The notes under the pieces were generated by a model, which had not been told where the DNA came from, made no database searches, and saw nothing but the letters and a program-made list of their open reading frames with translations. 32,000 nucleotides of DNA from Candidatus Saccharimonadota bacterium (GTDB lineage: Bacteria; Patescibacteriota; Saccharimonadia; Saccharimonadales; Saccharimonadaceae). Where the stretch lies: assembly GCA_023898645.1 (NCBI GenBank), contig CP060232.1, positions 180,001 through 212,000 of the forward strand, in the 5' to 3' direction. The translations under genes were made by a program, and so were the position numbers. This document shows positions 11,001 through 17,395 of the stretch, piece by piece (the first letter of the stretch is position 1; each line of letters begins with the position of its first letter).

Positions 11001-13230
11001 ATTTTCTGGTACGACAGGCAAGTTACTCAAGCGCGCCACAGGCAGCGGTGTAGCCATACTAACATCGGGTGTCCTGAGCACAGTTACGGCACCGAGTGGC
11101 ACGATTGTTGGTACCACCGACGCGCAGACACTTACCAACAAAACGCTCACAAGTCCGACGATTAATGGAGCGACAATTACTGGTACGGTTCAGCTTCCTG
11201 AGCCGAATCAACTTACTGTTTCCTCGGCAAGTTTGACTAACAAGAATTACGCTATATCCAATGACGTTTCGATTGGTGCATATCCTGCTTTCAATGCTTT
11301 TAGTAAGTACTTGTGGCACGATATTCTCCGATTTGGTAGGTGGATTGGAACGGGCACCTATGAAACATATGCAAGCGGTTCTTGGTCGAGTGCTACTAAT
11401 CCGACAATCGTTTTCGCCGGCAAGGAGTCTGGTGCGTATACACTCGCCGACGGAGCAACAACTACTGCCGTACGATGGACGTGGAATTCCGGCAATTTGT
11501 CATATAGTGACCTATCTTGGATAATGATTGGCTTCGGCTATGGTAGTCCGGCTCCAAGTAATGAAGTTACAGTTGAATCAGGTACAGACGGTACCAACTG
11601 GACGACCCGACATACCTCTACTACAACTGCCAATGCGACGTTCGCGGCCTTTCCGTTGACGGGTGTGGGTGGTGATACGTATTTACGCTTGACTATCACT
11701 ACTACAAACAGTCGGCCTATTTACCTCAATTCGATAAAGGGACTAACTAACAGGCCCGCAAATCAAGGTGGTGGTGCGGATACTGAGTATCCTTATGACT
11801 GGGATGCCAATCGAAATATCACTCTGGGATCAGGGATTACTGCGCGCTCCGACGGTATTCTTAATATTGGCTCTACGACTACGACTACAGCTGCGGGCGG
11901 TATTTATTTTGGCAACGACACGAACTTATATCGCAGCGCAGCGAACACCCTCAAGACAGACGACAATCTAGCCATCGGTACATCCACTCAGACCGCCACA
12001 GCTACCCCCGCCAACATCAACCTCGGTGGTACGTATGGCAACAATACCGTTGGTACTCAGGGTAATCTCAAGTTGCGACTATACGACAATGGTAGTGGCA
12101 GCAACCATTTTGGTTTGGGTATTTCGGATTCCAAGCTGGAATATCAGGTACCGAATGGGTCTGGCCATCATTTTTATGTCAATGGCGTCGAGCGGCTCAA
12201 GATTACCAACTCTTTGGTGCAGGTTGCCGGTGCTGATGTAGTCACCACTACTGGCACGCAGACATTGACCAACAAAACTCTGACGAGTCCAAAAATAAAT
12301 GCAATACTGGATACGAATGGCGCCACATCTCTTTCGGTTGGTGCCACAGCAAGTGCTGTAAACTATCTGACGATTAATAATTCAGCCACGTCTTTGGCAC
12401 CTAATCTTACCGCGACCGGATCTGACGCGAATATCAATCTAGACCTTAATCCAAAGGGCTCGGGCAAGGTACGAATTATCGGTGTTCCAGTAGTAACCGA
12501 AACTGGCGGAGCGACCCTTACCAATAAAACTATCTCTGCGTCGAGCAATACTATATCTAATATTGCTGTATCAAATCTCGACGCCAGTGCAGTTGTGACG
12601 GCAGCAGAAACTATAGCAGCCAACAACAACGACACGACTATTCCAACTTCGGCGGCAGTAAAGAGTTACGTAGATAGCACGGGTAGTGGAGATGCATCGA
12701 CCAATACTGCAACGTCGGTAGATAGCGAAGTGGCTGTATTTTCTGGTACGACAGGCAAGTTACTCAAGCGCGCCACAGGCAGCGGTGTAGCCATACTAAC
12801 ATCGGGTGTCCTGAGCACAGTCACGGCTCCAAGCGGTACGATTGTTGGCACCACGGACGCGCAAACGCTTACAAACAAGACTTTAACAAGCCCGACAGTC
12901 AATGGCTATACCGAGGGTGTTGTGGCTATCGGAACCGTGACAACGAGCTACACGCTTGCTATCACAAGCGGCACAGTACTCACGGCTACATTGACTGCCT
13001 CGACCGCATGTACGTTTACTATGCCTACGGCTACGGCGGGCAAATCATTTACGTTGATGCTTAAGCAAGCGGCAAGCACGGGCAACGGCACCGCAACATT
13101 CACAGGTGTGAAATGGAATGCGGCTGGCGCCCCTACGATCACGGCAACTGCAGGGAAGATGGATATACTTAGCTTCTTCTCAGACGGAACAAATTGGTAC
13201 GGATCATATACACAGGGGTATACGCCGTAA
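5068..13230 (+). CDS. Giant (2720 aa) modular surface/adhesin-like protein with tail-fibre-like modules; no signal peptide
   Basis: A single uninterrupted ORF with a GTG start. It contains many ~75-95-aa modules delimited by G-T-Q-T-L-T-N-K-T-[LI]-T-S-P. A CBM-like jelly-roll lies at ~7096-7563 (ELWATNGFGSNWTGE...YYVDNLLWLNV). Discoidin-like segments are also present (...VESGTDGTNWTT...). Motifs common in phage tail-fibre-like proteins occur (APLKFTSGTLLT.PEAGAMEFAGDNYYLT; DTNLYRSAANTLKTDDNL; TTIPTSAAVKSYVDS). The N-terminus MVEQRLPAIDGDEGHWGEILNQFL is not hydrophobic. Confidence 0.9.
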   Translation: MVEQRLPAIDGDEGHWGEILNQFLSKEHHNTGLDDPTNGGHQKITIQPGTAAAGTAPLKFTSGTLLTAPEAGAMEFAGDNYYLTQTTGTTRKKIAAYDDTSGATGDIYYRNSSGYFTRLGVGSTGNVLTVAGGIPSWSSSISNTSTITLKDTNFTLQDDGNTTKQLKFELSGISASTTRTLTVPDANTTIVGTDVTQTLTNKTITSPTIDGTPISTFADTSGGSTVGRKYLLDIPIVPDQTSAGVSGGATIVGLQNDLAYLTARGGAITVTQNSVDISSSVLPENWFIPGNYVNLPVDATSDVYVITITRPTSNIYSNYWGWGQIGLNFRNGFHAKDVKLEVNSGGVWTTLLDVTNDSSSAKFARYQTLNPPYAEQFRITLTNLAYVNVTGLRIQNIWATSLSANPAVMSNLTYLPRGGGSIIGTSAAPPTFTAAGNDSNIGINLVPKGTGTVTVGGVDVVTTTGTQTLTNKTLTNPRINQINDTNGNTSIALIATASAVSYLHVTNAATGSFAVGGGVVLRPESTDTDVNLLAKPRGSGYVGISDSASGWIAKFARTAGANANYWNIQGSSAGGAVTLTAAGTDSSINANIVSKGTGTVQANGVDVVTTTGTQTLTNKTISGASNTLSNIPQSAITNLTTDITTAQTTADTAQKFIDLKASGLPNIASDPSCSVPELWATNGFGSNWTGEVSNEQAVSGTQSLKMTITGSSYPTLTFLRTKDGDYIPDIDSLRVRPGDKFYMEVYIRAHASNAVTNTLFYIQAWSTDSTGVNGYAFINSTGVAPSTSGWTKLTHTYTVPAGRDRLNIRLAGSLNNGIGDIYYVDNLLWLNVTDTQDIIDNVYQGINGGSSTWNSLATMKTAIQSLVTLTGTQTLTNKTLTSPKINQILDSNGVAVLGLTTTASAANYVNIRNKAAGSGPFVETAGSDTDIPLNLSTKGTGLIHLSPGGTAALQVGYTASSVNYFRLTGSATGSGPTLFANGTDTNVDMLLTTKGSGVVKANGVEVVTVDGTQTLTNKTITSPVINSATGISVGAVVSPTGSSNPPKITFNLTYGTNSPGSNANQKIQLYAGYGFGLSASMLEYQVVTGAVHRFFVGGSERMSISGSDVTIGGVSAATTTGTQTLTNKTLTSPKVNSIYDTNGANALYMTPTANAVNYTELRNAPAGSANQIRSIGADTNISMMLVPKGSGNVQIYSNTGITPTITAVGADANHNLNLVPKGTGTVQANGVDIVTISGTQTLANKTLTSPKINAILDTNGATSLSVGATASAVNYLTINNSATSLAPNLTATGSDANINLDLNPKGSGKVRIIGVPVVTETGGATLTNKTISASSNTISNIAVSNLDASAVVTAAETIAANNNDTTIPTSAAVKSYVDSTGSGDASTNTATSVDSEVAVFSGTTGKLLKRATGSGVAILTSGVLSTVTAPSGTIVGTTDAQTLTNKTLTSPTINGATITGTVQLPEPNQLTVSSASLTNKNYAISNDVSIGAYPAFNAFSKYLWHDILRFGRWIGTGTYETYASGSWSSATNPTIVFAGKESGAYTLADGATTTAVRWTWNSGNLSYSGLSWIMIGFGYGSPAPSNEVTVESGTDGTNWTTRHTSTTTANATFAAFPLTGVGGDTYLRLTITTTNSRPIYLNSIKGLTNRPANQGGGADTEYPYDWDANRNITLGSGITARSDGILNIGSTTTTTAAGGIYFGNDTNLYRSAANTLKTDDNLAIGTSTQTATATPANINLGGTYGNNTVGTQGNLKLRLYDNGSGSNHFGLGISDSKLEYQVPNGSGHHFYVNGVERLKITNSLVQVAGADVVTTTGTQTLTNKTLTSPKINAILDTNGATSLSVGATASAVNYLTINNSATSLAPNLTATGSDANINLDLNPKGSGKVRIIGVPVVTETGGATLTNKTISASSNTISNIAVSNLDASAVVTAAETIAANNNDTTIPTSAAVKSYVDSTGSGDASTNTATSVDSEVAVFSGTTGKLLKRATGSGVAILTSGVLSTVTAPSGTIVGTTDAQTLTNKTLTSPTINGATITGTVQLPEPNQLTVSSASLTNKNYAISNDVSIGAYPAFNAFSKYLWHDILRFGRWIGTGTYETYASGSWSSATNPTIVFAGKESGAYTLADGATTTAVRWTWNSGNLSYSDLSWIMIGFGYGSPAPSNEVTVESGTDGTNWTTRHTSTTTANATFAAFPLTGVGGDTYLRLTITTTNSRPIYLNSIKGLTNRPANQGGGADTEYPYDWDANRNITLGSGITARSDGILNIGSTTTTTAAGGIYFGNDTNLYRSAANTLKTDDNLAIGTSTQTATATPANINLGGTYGNNTVGTQGNLKLRLYDNGSGSNHFGLGISDSKLEYQVPNGSGHHFYVNGVERLKITNSLVQVAGADVVTTTGTQTLTNKTLTSPKINAILDTNGATSLSVGATASAVNYLTINNSATSLAPNLTATGSDANINLDLNPKGSGKVRIIGVPVVTETGGATLTNKTISASSNTISNIAVSNLDASAVVTAAETIAANNNDTTIPTSAAVKSYVDSTGSGDASTNTATSVDSEVAVFSGTTGKLLKRATGSGVAILTSGVLSTVTAPSGTIVGTTDAQTLTNKTLTSPTVNGYTEGVVAIGTVTTSYTLAITSGTVLTATLTASTACTFTMPTATAGKSFTLMLKQAASTGNGTATFTGVKWNAAGAPTITATAGKMDILSFFSDGTNWYGSYTQGYTP
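8795..12831 (+). repeat. 1737-bp (579-codon) in-frame tandem repeat, ~2.3 copies, essentially identical
   Basis: The copies span 8795-10531, 10532-12268 and 12269-12831 (partial). Antisense shadow ORFs recur at exactly +1737 (8889/10626/12363; 9192/10929; 9322/11059; 9524/11261). The one copy1/copy2 difference I located is G9773 vs A11510 (SYSGLSW vs SYSDLSW). Confidence 0.97.
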
Positions 13231-13877
13231 TGTTTGCTGCTACGAGTGCCTTTTTTACTGCATCTGCAGCCTTGGTGACAGGCTATCTGTCTACAGGAGC
13301 TGGAGATAGTTCTGCTACATCTAGGACAACCGCCACGTGGAATCATATTGTGGATGACACAACCAACGGTTACTTAGTTGTCTATGTAATGCACTATAAT
13401 AGCGCTTACACAATCTCCTCCGTTACTTGTAATGGTACGAATATGACTGCGATTAGTGCTCAAGTAAATTGGTCTGACGGAGGTAGTTATGGCTTGAGGG
13501 CATACGGTATTGCAAATCCTACGGTAGGAACAAATACAATTGTAGCTACACTTTCGTCAAGTACGTACATAACTGGTCAGTCGGTATTCTACTCTAATGT
13601 AGATGGTTCTAATGTATCTACGAGTACTACTTTCTCGAATGCTTCTATTCCTTGGTCTGACTCTGTAACTGTACCGGCGAGTGGTATGGTTTCTCATGCC
13701 TTCGGTTCGCTTGGCGCACCAGCGGACACTCCAACTGGCGGAACGATTCGATATAATTACGGTACGCATTATAACTGGCTTACTATACAAGATACGGACA
13801 CATCAGATACCTTTGCTACAGTAAGTGGCAATGGCCGCGGCTGGGGGGCTATTAGTGTATCTCTTCCCCGTGCCTGA
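13230..13877 (+). CDS. Hypothetical protein (215 aa from ATG 13230), paralogue of the next gene
   Basis: The ORF track opens at 13194, but the ATG at 13230 overlaps the giant gene's stop as TAATG. The protein shares the pattern T.TW.H....G..V...........V..V.Y.G.......L......Y.........YG......G...... with the following ORF. Confidence 0.7.
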   Translation: MFAATSAFFTASAALVTGYLSTGAGDSSATSRTTATWNHIVDDTTNGYLVVYVMHYNSAYTISSVTCNGTNMTAISAQVNWSDGGSYGLRAYGIANPTVGTNTIVATLSSSTYITGQSVFYSNVDGSNVSTSTTFSNASIPWSDSVTVPASGMVSHAFGSLGAPADTPTGGTIRYNYGTHYNWLTIQDTDTSDTFATVSGNGRGWGAISVSLPRA

Positions 13878-14520
13878 TTCTGGGTATAGTCCTCCGCCAC
13901 CTCCTACGTTAGACTTTCTTGCCGCTGGCGATACTGCAGATAATAACTCATTAAAGACTCTCACCTGGTCGCACACTACCACTGCTGGTGCATGGGTGTT
14001 TTTATGGTTGGCACATTTCGCCCAGACTGGTGGTCCGAATACTGTTACTTATGACGGGAATGATATTACTGGAAACTTATTAGCATCTACAGCTTATACC
14101 GATAGTACCTATCTTAAGTTATATGGTTTTCAGGATGTCACAGGTGGTACAAAAACTTTTGCGATAACTCAAGGTGGCGGTAACACAATGAGGTATGCCG
14201 TAGCTAATTCTGTATCTTATACGGGCATAGCATCGGTGGGTACGCCAGCAACTGCTACTGGTACGCTCACGGAAACGATTAATTGTGTCTCGAATCAATA
14301 TATCTTGCAGTCTTTTGCACGATACTCAGGTACTGCTACAGGTACTATGAATGCTGCTTTCAGCGGCGGTGCGGCTGGAATAAACATTTTTGACAATGTA
14401 GTGCGCGCGACAGGAGGTCGAGGTGGTATATTGATTAACTTTGCCGATGCTAGTACTACATTTTCACTTTCCGATAGTCTCGTAGCGCATAGTATAGGGG
14501 TTGTACTAACGAGAACGTAG
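13825..14520 (+). CDS. Hypothetical protein (231 aa), paralogue of 13230-13877; start uncertain
   Basis: The ORF overlaps the previous gene by 53 nt in the +1 frame. The alternative start is GTG at 13870. It contains a PPPPP stretch and the paralogous core LTWSHTTTAGAWVFLWLAHF...VTYDGNDIT...LKLYGFQDVTGGTKTF. Confidence 0.65.
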   Translation: MAMAAAGGLLVYLFPVPDSGYSPPPPPTLDFLAAGDTADNNSLKTLTWSHTTTAGAWVFLWLAHFAQTGGPNTVTYDGNDITGNLLASTAYTDSTYLKLYGFQDVTGGTKTFAITQGGGNTMRYAVANSVSYTGIASVGTPATATGTLTETINCVSNQYILQSFARYSGTATGTMNAAFSGGAAGINIFDNVVRATGGRGGILINFADASTTFSLSDSLVAHSIGVVLTRT

Positions 14521-14521
14521 T

Positions 14522-14539
14522 TAAGGATTTTTATCCTTA
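14522..14539 (+). terminator. Weak hairpin after the giant-gene operon (TAAGGAT-TTTT-ATCCTTA)
   Basis: A perfect 7-bp stem (14522-14528 / 14533-14539) with a TTTT loop lies 2 nt after the stop at 14520. It is AT-rich and has no downstream U-tract, so this is a low-confidence terminator. Confidence 0.3.
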
Positions 14540-14622
14540 TGAAGTAACTGCTGTCTCTGGAACGATATATCTTGGTACAGATAGAGCCCTCAATATGTTT
14601 GGATTACATACCTGCTGGCCGC

Positions 14623-14631
14623 TGGTATACT
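14623..14631 (+). promoter_or_regulatory. Candidate extended -10 element (TGgTATACT) upstream of cassette A
   Basis: It has the same TGgTATA[AC]T form as the lepA element. A weak -35-like ATTACA lies at 14603-14608 with a 17-nt spacer. The element is ~120 nt upstream of the first cassette gene. Confidence 0.3.
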
Positions 14632-14753
14632 TACATTTATATGGTGAATGAACGAATCAATAAATAAATCTCATATTATGATAGTGCATAAAGCTATAGT
14701 GGGGTAAGCTTGTATGTGTGGCGGACCAATATGATGCTGATATGTGCGAAATT

Positions 14754-15653
14754 ATGAAGAGAACAAAGCTCATGGCTGCTACATTGGTGACAATTCTATG
14801 TTTTTTACTTGCTCCTGCCCAGACGGTATGCGCCATAAGAGATATAAAGGGTCTAGCGCTCGCTCCCTTACGAACAGAATTGTCAGTTTCGCCGAGTGAG
14901 ACAATCAGTCGCAAACTCCAACTTACAAATTATTCAGATACGCAAATGACCGTGCGCTTGGACGCCGAAGAGTTTGGGGTGGTGAATCAGCAATACGATT
15001 ATTCGTTTGACGCGCAGTCTGATGTGTCGAAGTGGGTGTCGTTTGATTCTCCTGAGGTAGATATTGATCCTGGTAAGACTCATGTGGTGTCGTATGTTGT
15101 AGACGTGCCGCAAAATGCCGAACCGGGCGGGCGATATATAAGTCTCTTTGCATCGAGCGATGTACAAACTGCACCGGGCGAAATCCACACCGAGCAACGA
15201 ATCGCGTCGCTGCTATATTTGACCGTAAGGGGCGACGTAACGCGAATTGGCAGCCTGAAATCACTCAAAAGCCCGGTCGTGTTTGACGGTTATGAACCAT
15301 GGAAGTTGGTTGTCGCGAATACCGGCACGGCGCATTTTCGTAGTAAATACACAGTCAGTGTGAGGAGCATATTTGATAATAGCGAGGTTGCCTCGCGGAG
15401 TGGTGATTCGCTCGTACTGCCGCACACCACGCGAGCTATCTCGGCGCAGATGCCAGTATTGAAATATGTAGGCGTGTATCGAGCCGTATATACCGTTGGG
15501 CTGGGCGATGCGCCTGCGGCTAAGAGGGAATTTATAATCTACTTTTTGCCCAAGCAATCGTATGTGCCGCTTGCTTCGCTAACTGTCATAGTCATTGCGG
15601 GAATATCGTATGTAGTCTGGAAACTGCGACAACGAACGAAAAAGACTGCCTAA
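14754..15653 (+). CDS. Cassette A, type-1 anchor protein: signal peptide, beta-rich ectodomain, C-terminal TM helix plus basic tail (DUF916/DUF3324-like layout)
   Basis: The ORF track opens at GTG 14718. The ATG at 14754 gives a textbook signal peptide (MKRTKLMAATLVTILCFLLAPAQTVCA). The motif NAEPGGRYISLFASS is present. The C-terminus is PLASLTVIVIAGISYVVWKLRQRTKKTA. Paralogue of 26037-26936. Confidence 0.8.
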   Translation: MKRTKLMAATLVTILCFLLAPAQTVCAIRDIKGLALAPLRTELSVSPSETISRKLQLTNYSDTQMTVRLDAEEFGVVNQQYDYSFDAQSDVSKWVSFDSPEVDIDPGKTHVVSYVVDVPQNAEPGGRYISLFASSDVQTAPGEIHTEQRIASLLYLTVRGDVTRIGSLKSLKSPVVFDGYEPWKLVVANTGTAHFRSKYTVSVRSIFDNSEVASRSGDSLVLPHTTRAISAQMPVLKYVGVYRAVYTVGLGDAPAAKREFIIYFLPKQSYVPLASLTVIVIAGISYVVWKLRQRTKKTA

Positions 15654-16189
15654 TCAATATCTGGCACGGCAGTGTATACGATCGATGTGGTGTAATTGCC
15701 CGCTGGTTTTGCAAGGTCGACCTTGACACCGTAAGTGATAGTAGTGATATCGCCATACATTGCTGGGCCAGTGAGCGAGCGGATGAGTGTGTCGGTGAGC
15801 GAAGAGCCAACGAAATTGTTGGAACCATCGGTGTTGTACCCCCATGTATTTATTGCCAAAGGGGCAGGAGAGACATTGCCGGAAGTTGGTAAAACATCGC
15901 CAAGGTTGTCCATGTCGGTACTTGGTTCGGAACGCAGATAGAGTTTGTGACCAACTACGTCGGTAGAAGTAACGGTGACAGTGCTCGTGCCAGTCACTTG
16001 TGAACCCGATGAGGTGGGTGTGACGGCAAGCGAAACGTCGCCGTCGGTGCTAATGGCGATGTAGGTGGCGGACCCATACGGCACGTTTTCGTTGTATTTG
16101 CCTTGGTTGTATGAAGACGCATGCACTAGAGGTACGAATACAAATACCGCAACAACGCTCACTCCGATAAAGGCTATGGTTTTCTTCAT
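15650..16189 (-). CDS. Cassette A, small secreted protein (179 aa), WxL-like C-terminal strand pattern
   Basis: The signal peptide is MKKTIAFIGVSVVAVFVFVPLVHA. The mature part contains ...TVTVTSTDVVGHKLYL...NTWGYNTDGSNNFVG...AGNYTTSIVYTAVPDID. Paralogue of 26939-27496. Its stop overlaps the convergent upstream gene's stop by 4 nt. Confidence 0.85.
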   Translation of the reverse strand: MKKTIAFIGVSVVAVFVFVPLVHASSYNQGKYNENVPYGSATYIAISTDGDVSLAVTPTSSGSQVTGTSTVTVTSTDVVGHKLYLRSEPSTDMDNLGDVLPTSGNVSPAPLAINTWGYNTDGSNNFVGSSLTDTLIRSLTGPAMYGDITTITYGVKVDLAKPAGNYTTSIVYTAVPDID

Positions 16190-16234
16190 GCTTGTGGTAT
16201 CATTGTATCATCTGATAAACCGTAGTAATACCAA

Positions 16235-17308
16235 ATGAAATATAGCAAGGGTAAACATTCGCGTAGGCAGACCATCCGAGGGTTGGTTTTTGCGTTTGTA
16301 CTTACGGTTACCCCCTTCTTGCAAGCGCCGTTTGCAAATGCCGGTACTATTACGAATCGTAAAATCACGCTTTCTACCTCTGTAGGGGATGCTTCTGGGG
16401 TTACGTATACATTAACGAGCGACGCCCTTCCGACTACTGGTACAGCTATCAAGTCTGTCGGTGTGCAGTTTTGTACGTCACTAGAGGGCGCTTGTTCTAC
16501 GCCTGCTGGTTTTTCTGCTTCTGCATCGACACTCGCTGTACAGCCTAGTGGTGTCGGCGCCGGGTCTGGATGGACAGTCAATACTGCCTCGGCCGGCTCT
16601 CTTCGTATTGTTAATGCAGCCAACGCTACCAATCCATCTGGCTCAGTCAGTATACAGTGGGGTGGAGTGCACAACCCTACCGCAACCAATACGACGTTTT
16701 ATGCCAAAATCACTACGTACTCTGATGCTGCGTGGACAACAGCAGTAGACTCATCGGACACTGCACTTAGTACCTCTGCTCAAATTCAAGTCGTGCTAGA
16801 TGTCAACGAGGCTCTTACATTTTGTACCGGCACTAGTATCACAGGCCAAAACTGCGCTACTGTCGCAGGGTCTACTGTGGATCTCGGTACTGCATCGACT
16901 ACTGCTACCGCAACAGGTACCTCGGTATTTGCGGCATCGACAAATGGCGAGCATGGGTATACTGTCACGGTAACCGGCCCGACACTAACTTCAGGAAGTA
17001 ACACTATTACGGCTATGGCTGCGAACGCTGCATCTTCGGTTGGTACAAGTCAGTTCGGTATCAATCTTGTGAGCAATGCTACTCCGTCTGTAGGATCTAA
17101 CGTCAGTGGCACAGGTACGGCCGCGGCTACTGCAAATTATAATACGGCTAACTCATTTCGATTTGCTTCAGGAGATGCGGTGGCTAGTGTAAGTGTTCCT
17201 ACCAACGCCAACGCGTTTACAGTCAGCTATATTGCGAACATTGCGGGTGTAACTCCTCCGGGCATTTACACGACAAATCTGCATTATGACGCCACTGCGA
17301 ATTACTAG
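16235..17308 (+). CDS. Cassette A, 357-aa secreted Thr/Ser/Ala-rich protein (putative fibre/surface subunit)
   Basis: The signal is MKYSKGKHSRRQTIRGLVFAFVLTVTPFLQAPFANA. The protein is T/S/A/G-rich and ends ...VTPPGIYTTNLHYDATANY. Paralogue of 28580-29653, which is also 357 aa in the ORF track. Confidence 0.85.
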   Translation: MKYSKGKHSRRQTIRGLVFAFVLTVTPFLQAPFANAGTITNRKITLSTSVGDASGVTYTLTSDALPTTGTAIKSVGVQFCTSLEGACSTPAGFSASASTLAVQPSGVGAGSGWTVNTASAGSLRIVNAANATNPSGSVSIQWGGVHNPTATNTTFYAKITTYSDAAWTTAVDSSDTALSTSAQIQVVLDVNEALTFCTGTSITGQNCATVAGSTVDLGTASTTATATGTSVFAASTNGEHGYTVTVTGPTLTSGSNTITAMAANAASSVGTSQFGINLVSNATPSVGSNVSGTGTAAATANYNTANSFRFASGDAVASVSVPTNANAFTVSYIANIAGVTPPGIYTTNLHYDATANY

Positions 17309-17395
17309 CTGCGCATAGGTAGTGTCCGATAATAACATGCATTCTGTTTTGATATTTTGGAATATCTCATAATCTGATTAGAGAGTGTAAAATAG

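Noticed and set aside
8795-12831. CRISPR array or mobile-element explanation for the long repeats
   Set aside because: The repeats are 1737 bp, contiguous with no spacers, in frame and coding. There are no short direct repeats with unique spacers, no cas genes, no transposase and no terminal inverted repeats anywhere in the window.
8889-12902. Sets of 60-90-aa ORFs on both strands inside the giant gene that recur two or three times (e.g. 8889-9161 / 10626-10898 / 12363-12635; 9524-9787 / 11261-11524)
   Set aside because: They recur at exactly 1737-bp spacing because they lie inside the tandem repeat of the giant CDS. They overlap a far longer ORF with clear protein features and are frame shadows, not genes.
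12948-13346. 132-aa minus-strand ORF spanning the giant-gene stop
   Set aside because: It is antisense to the conserved C-terminal domain of the giant protein and to the coupled downstream gene, and nothing supports it.
127-14520. Interpretation of the left part of the window as a prophage or phage tail-fibre module
   Set aside because: Only fibre-like motifs are present. I see no terminase, portal, capsid, tape-measure, baseplate, integrase or att-like repeats, and lepA sits in the middle of the region. A domesticated fibre-like adhesin is more consistent. The flanks outside the window could change this.
16186-16689. 167-aa minus-strand ORF overlapping the start of the 357-aa cassette-A gene, and similar antisense ORFs (14657-14914, 26361-26705, 26856-27221, 28549-28992, 29650-30096)
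   Set aside because: Each is antisense to an ORF that has a signal peptide and a paralogue in the other cassette. None has a paralogue of its own or start signals.
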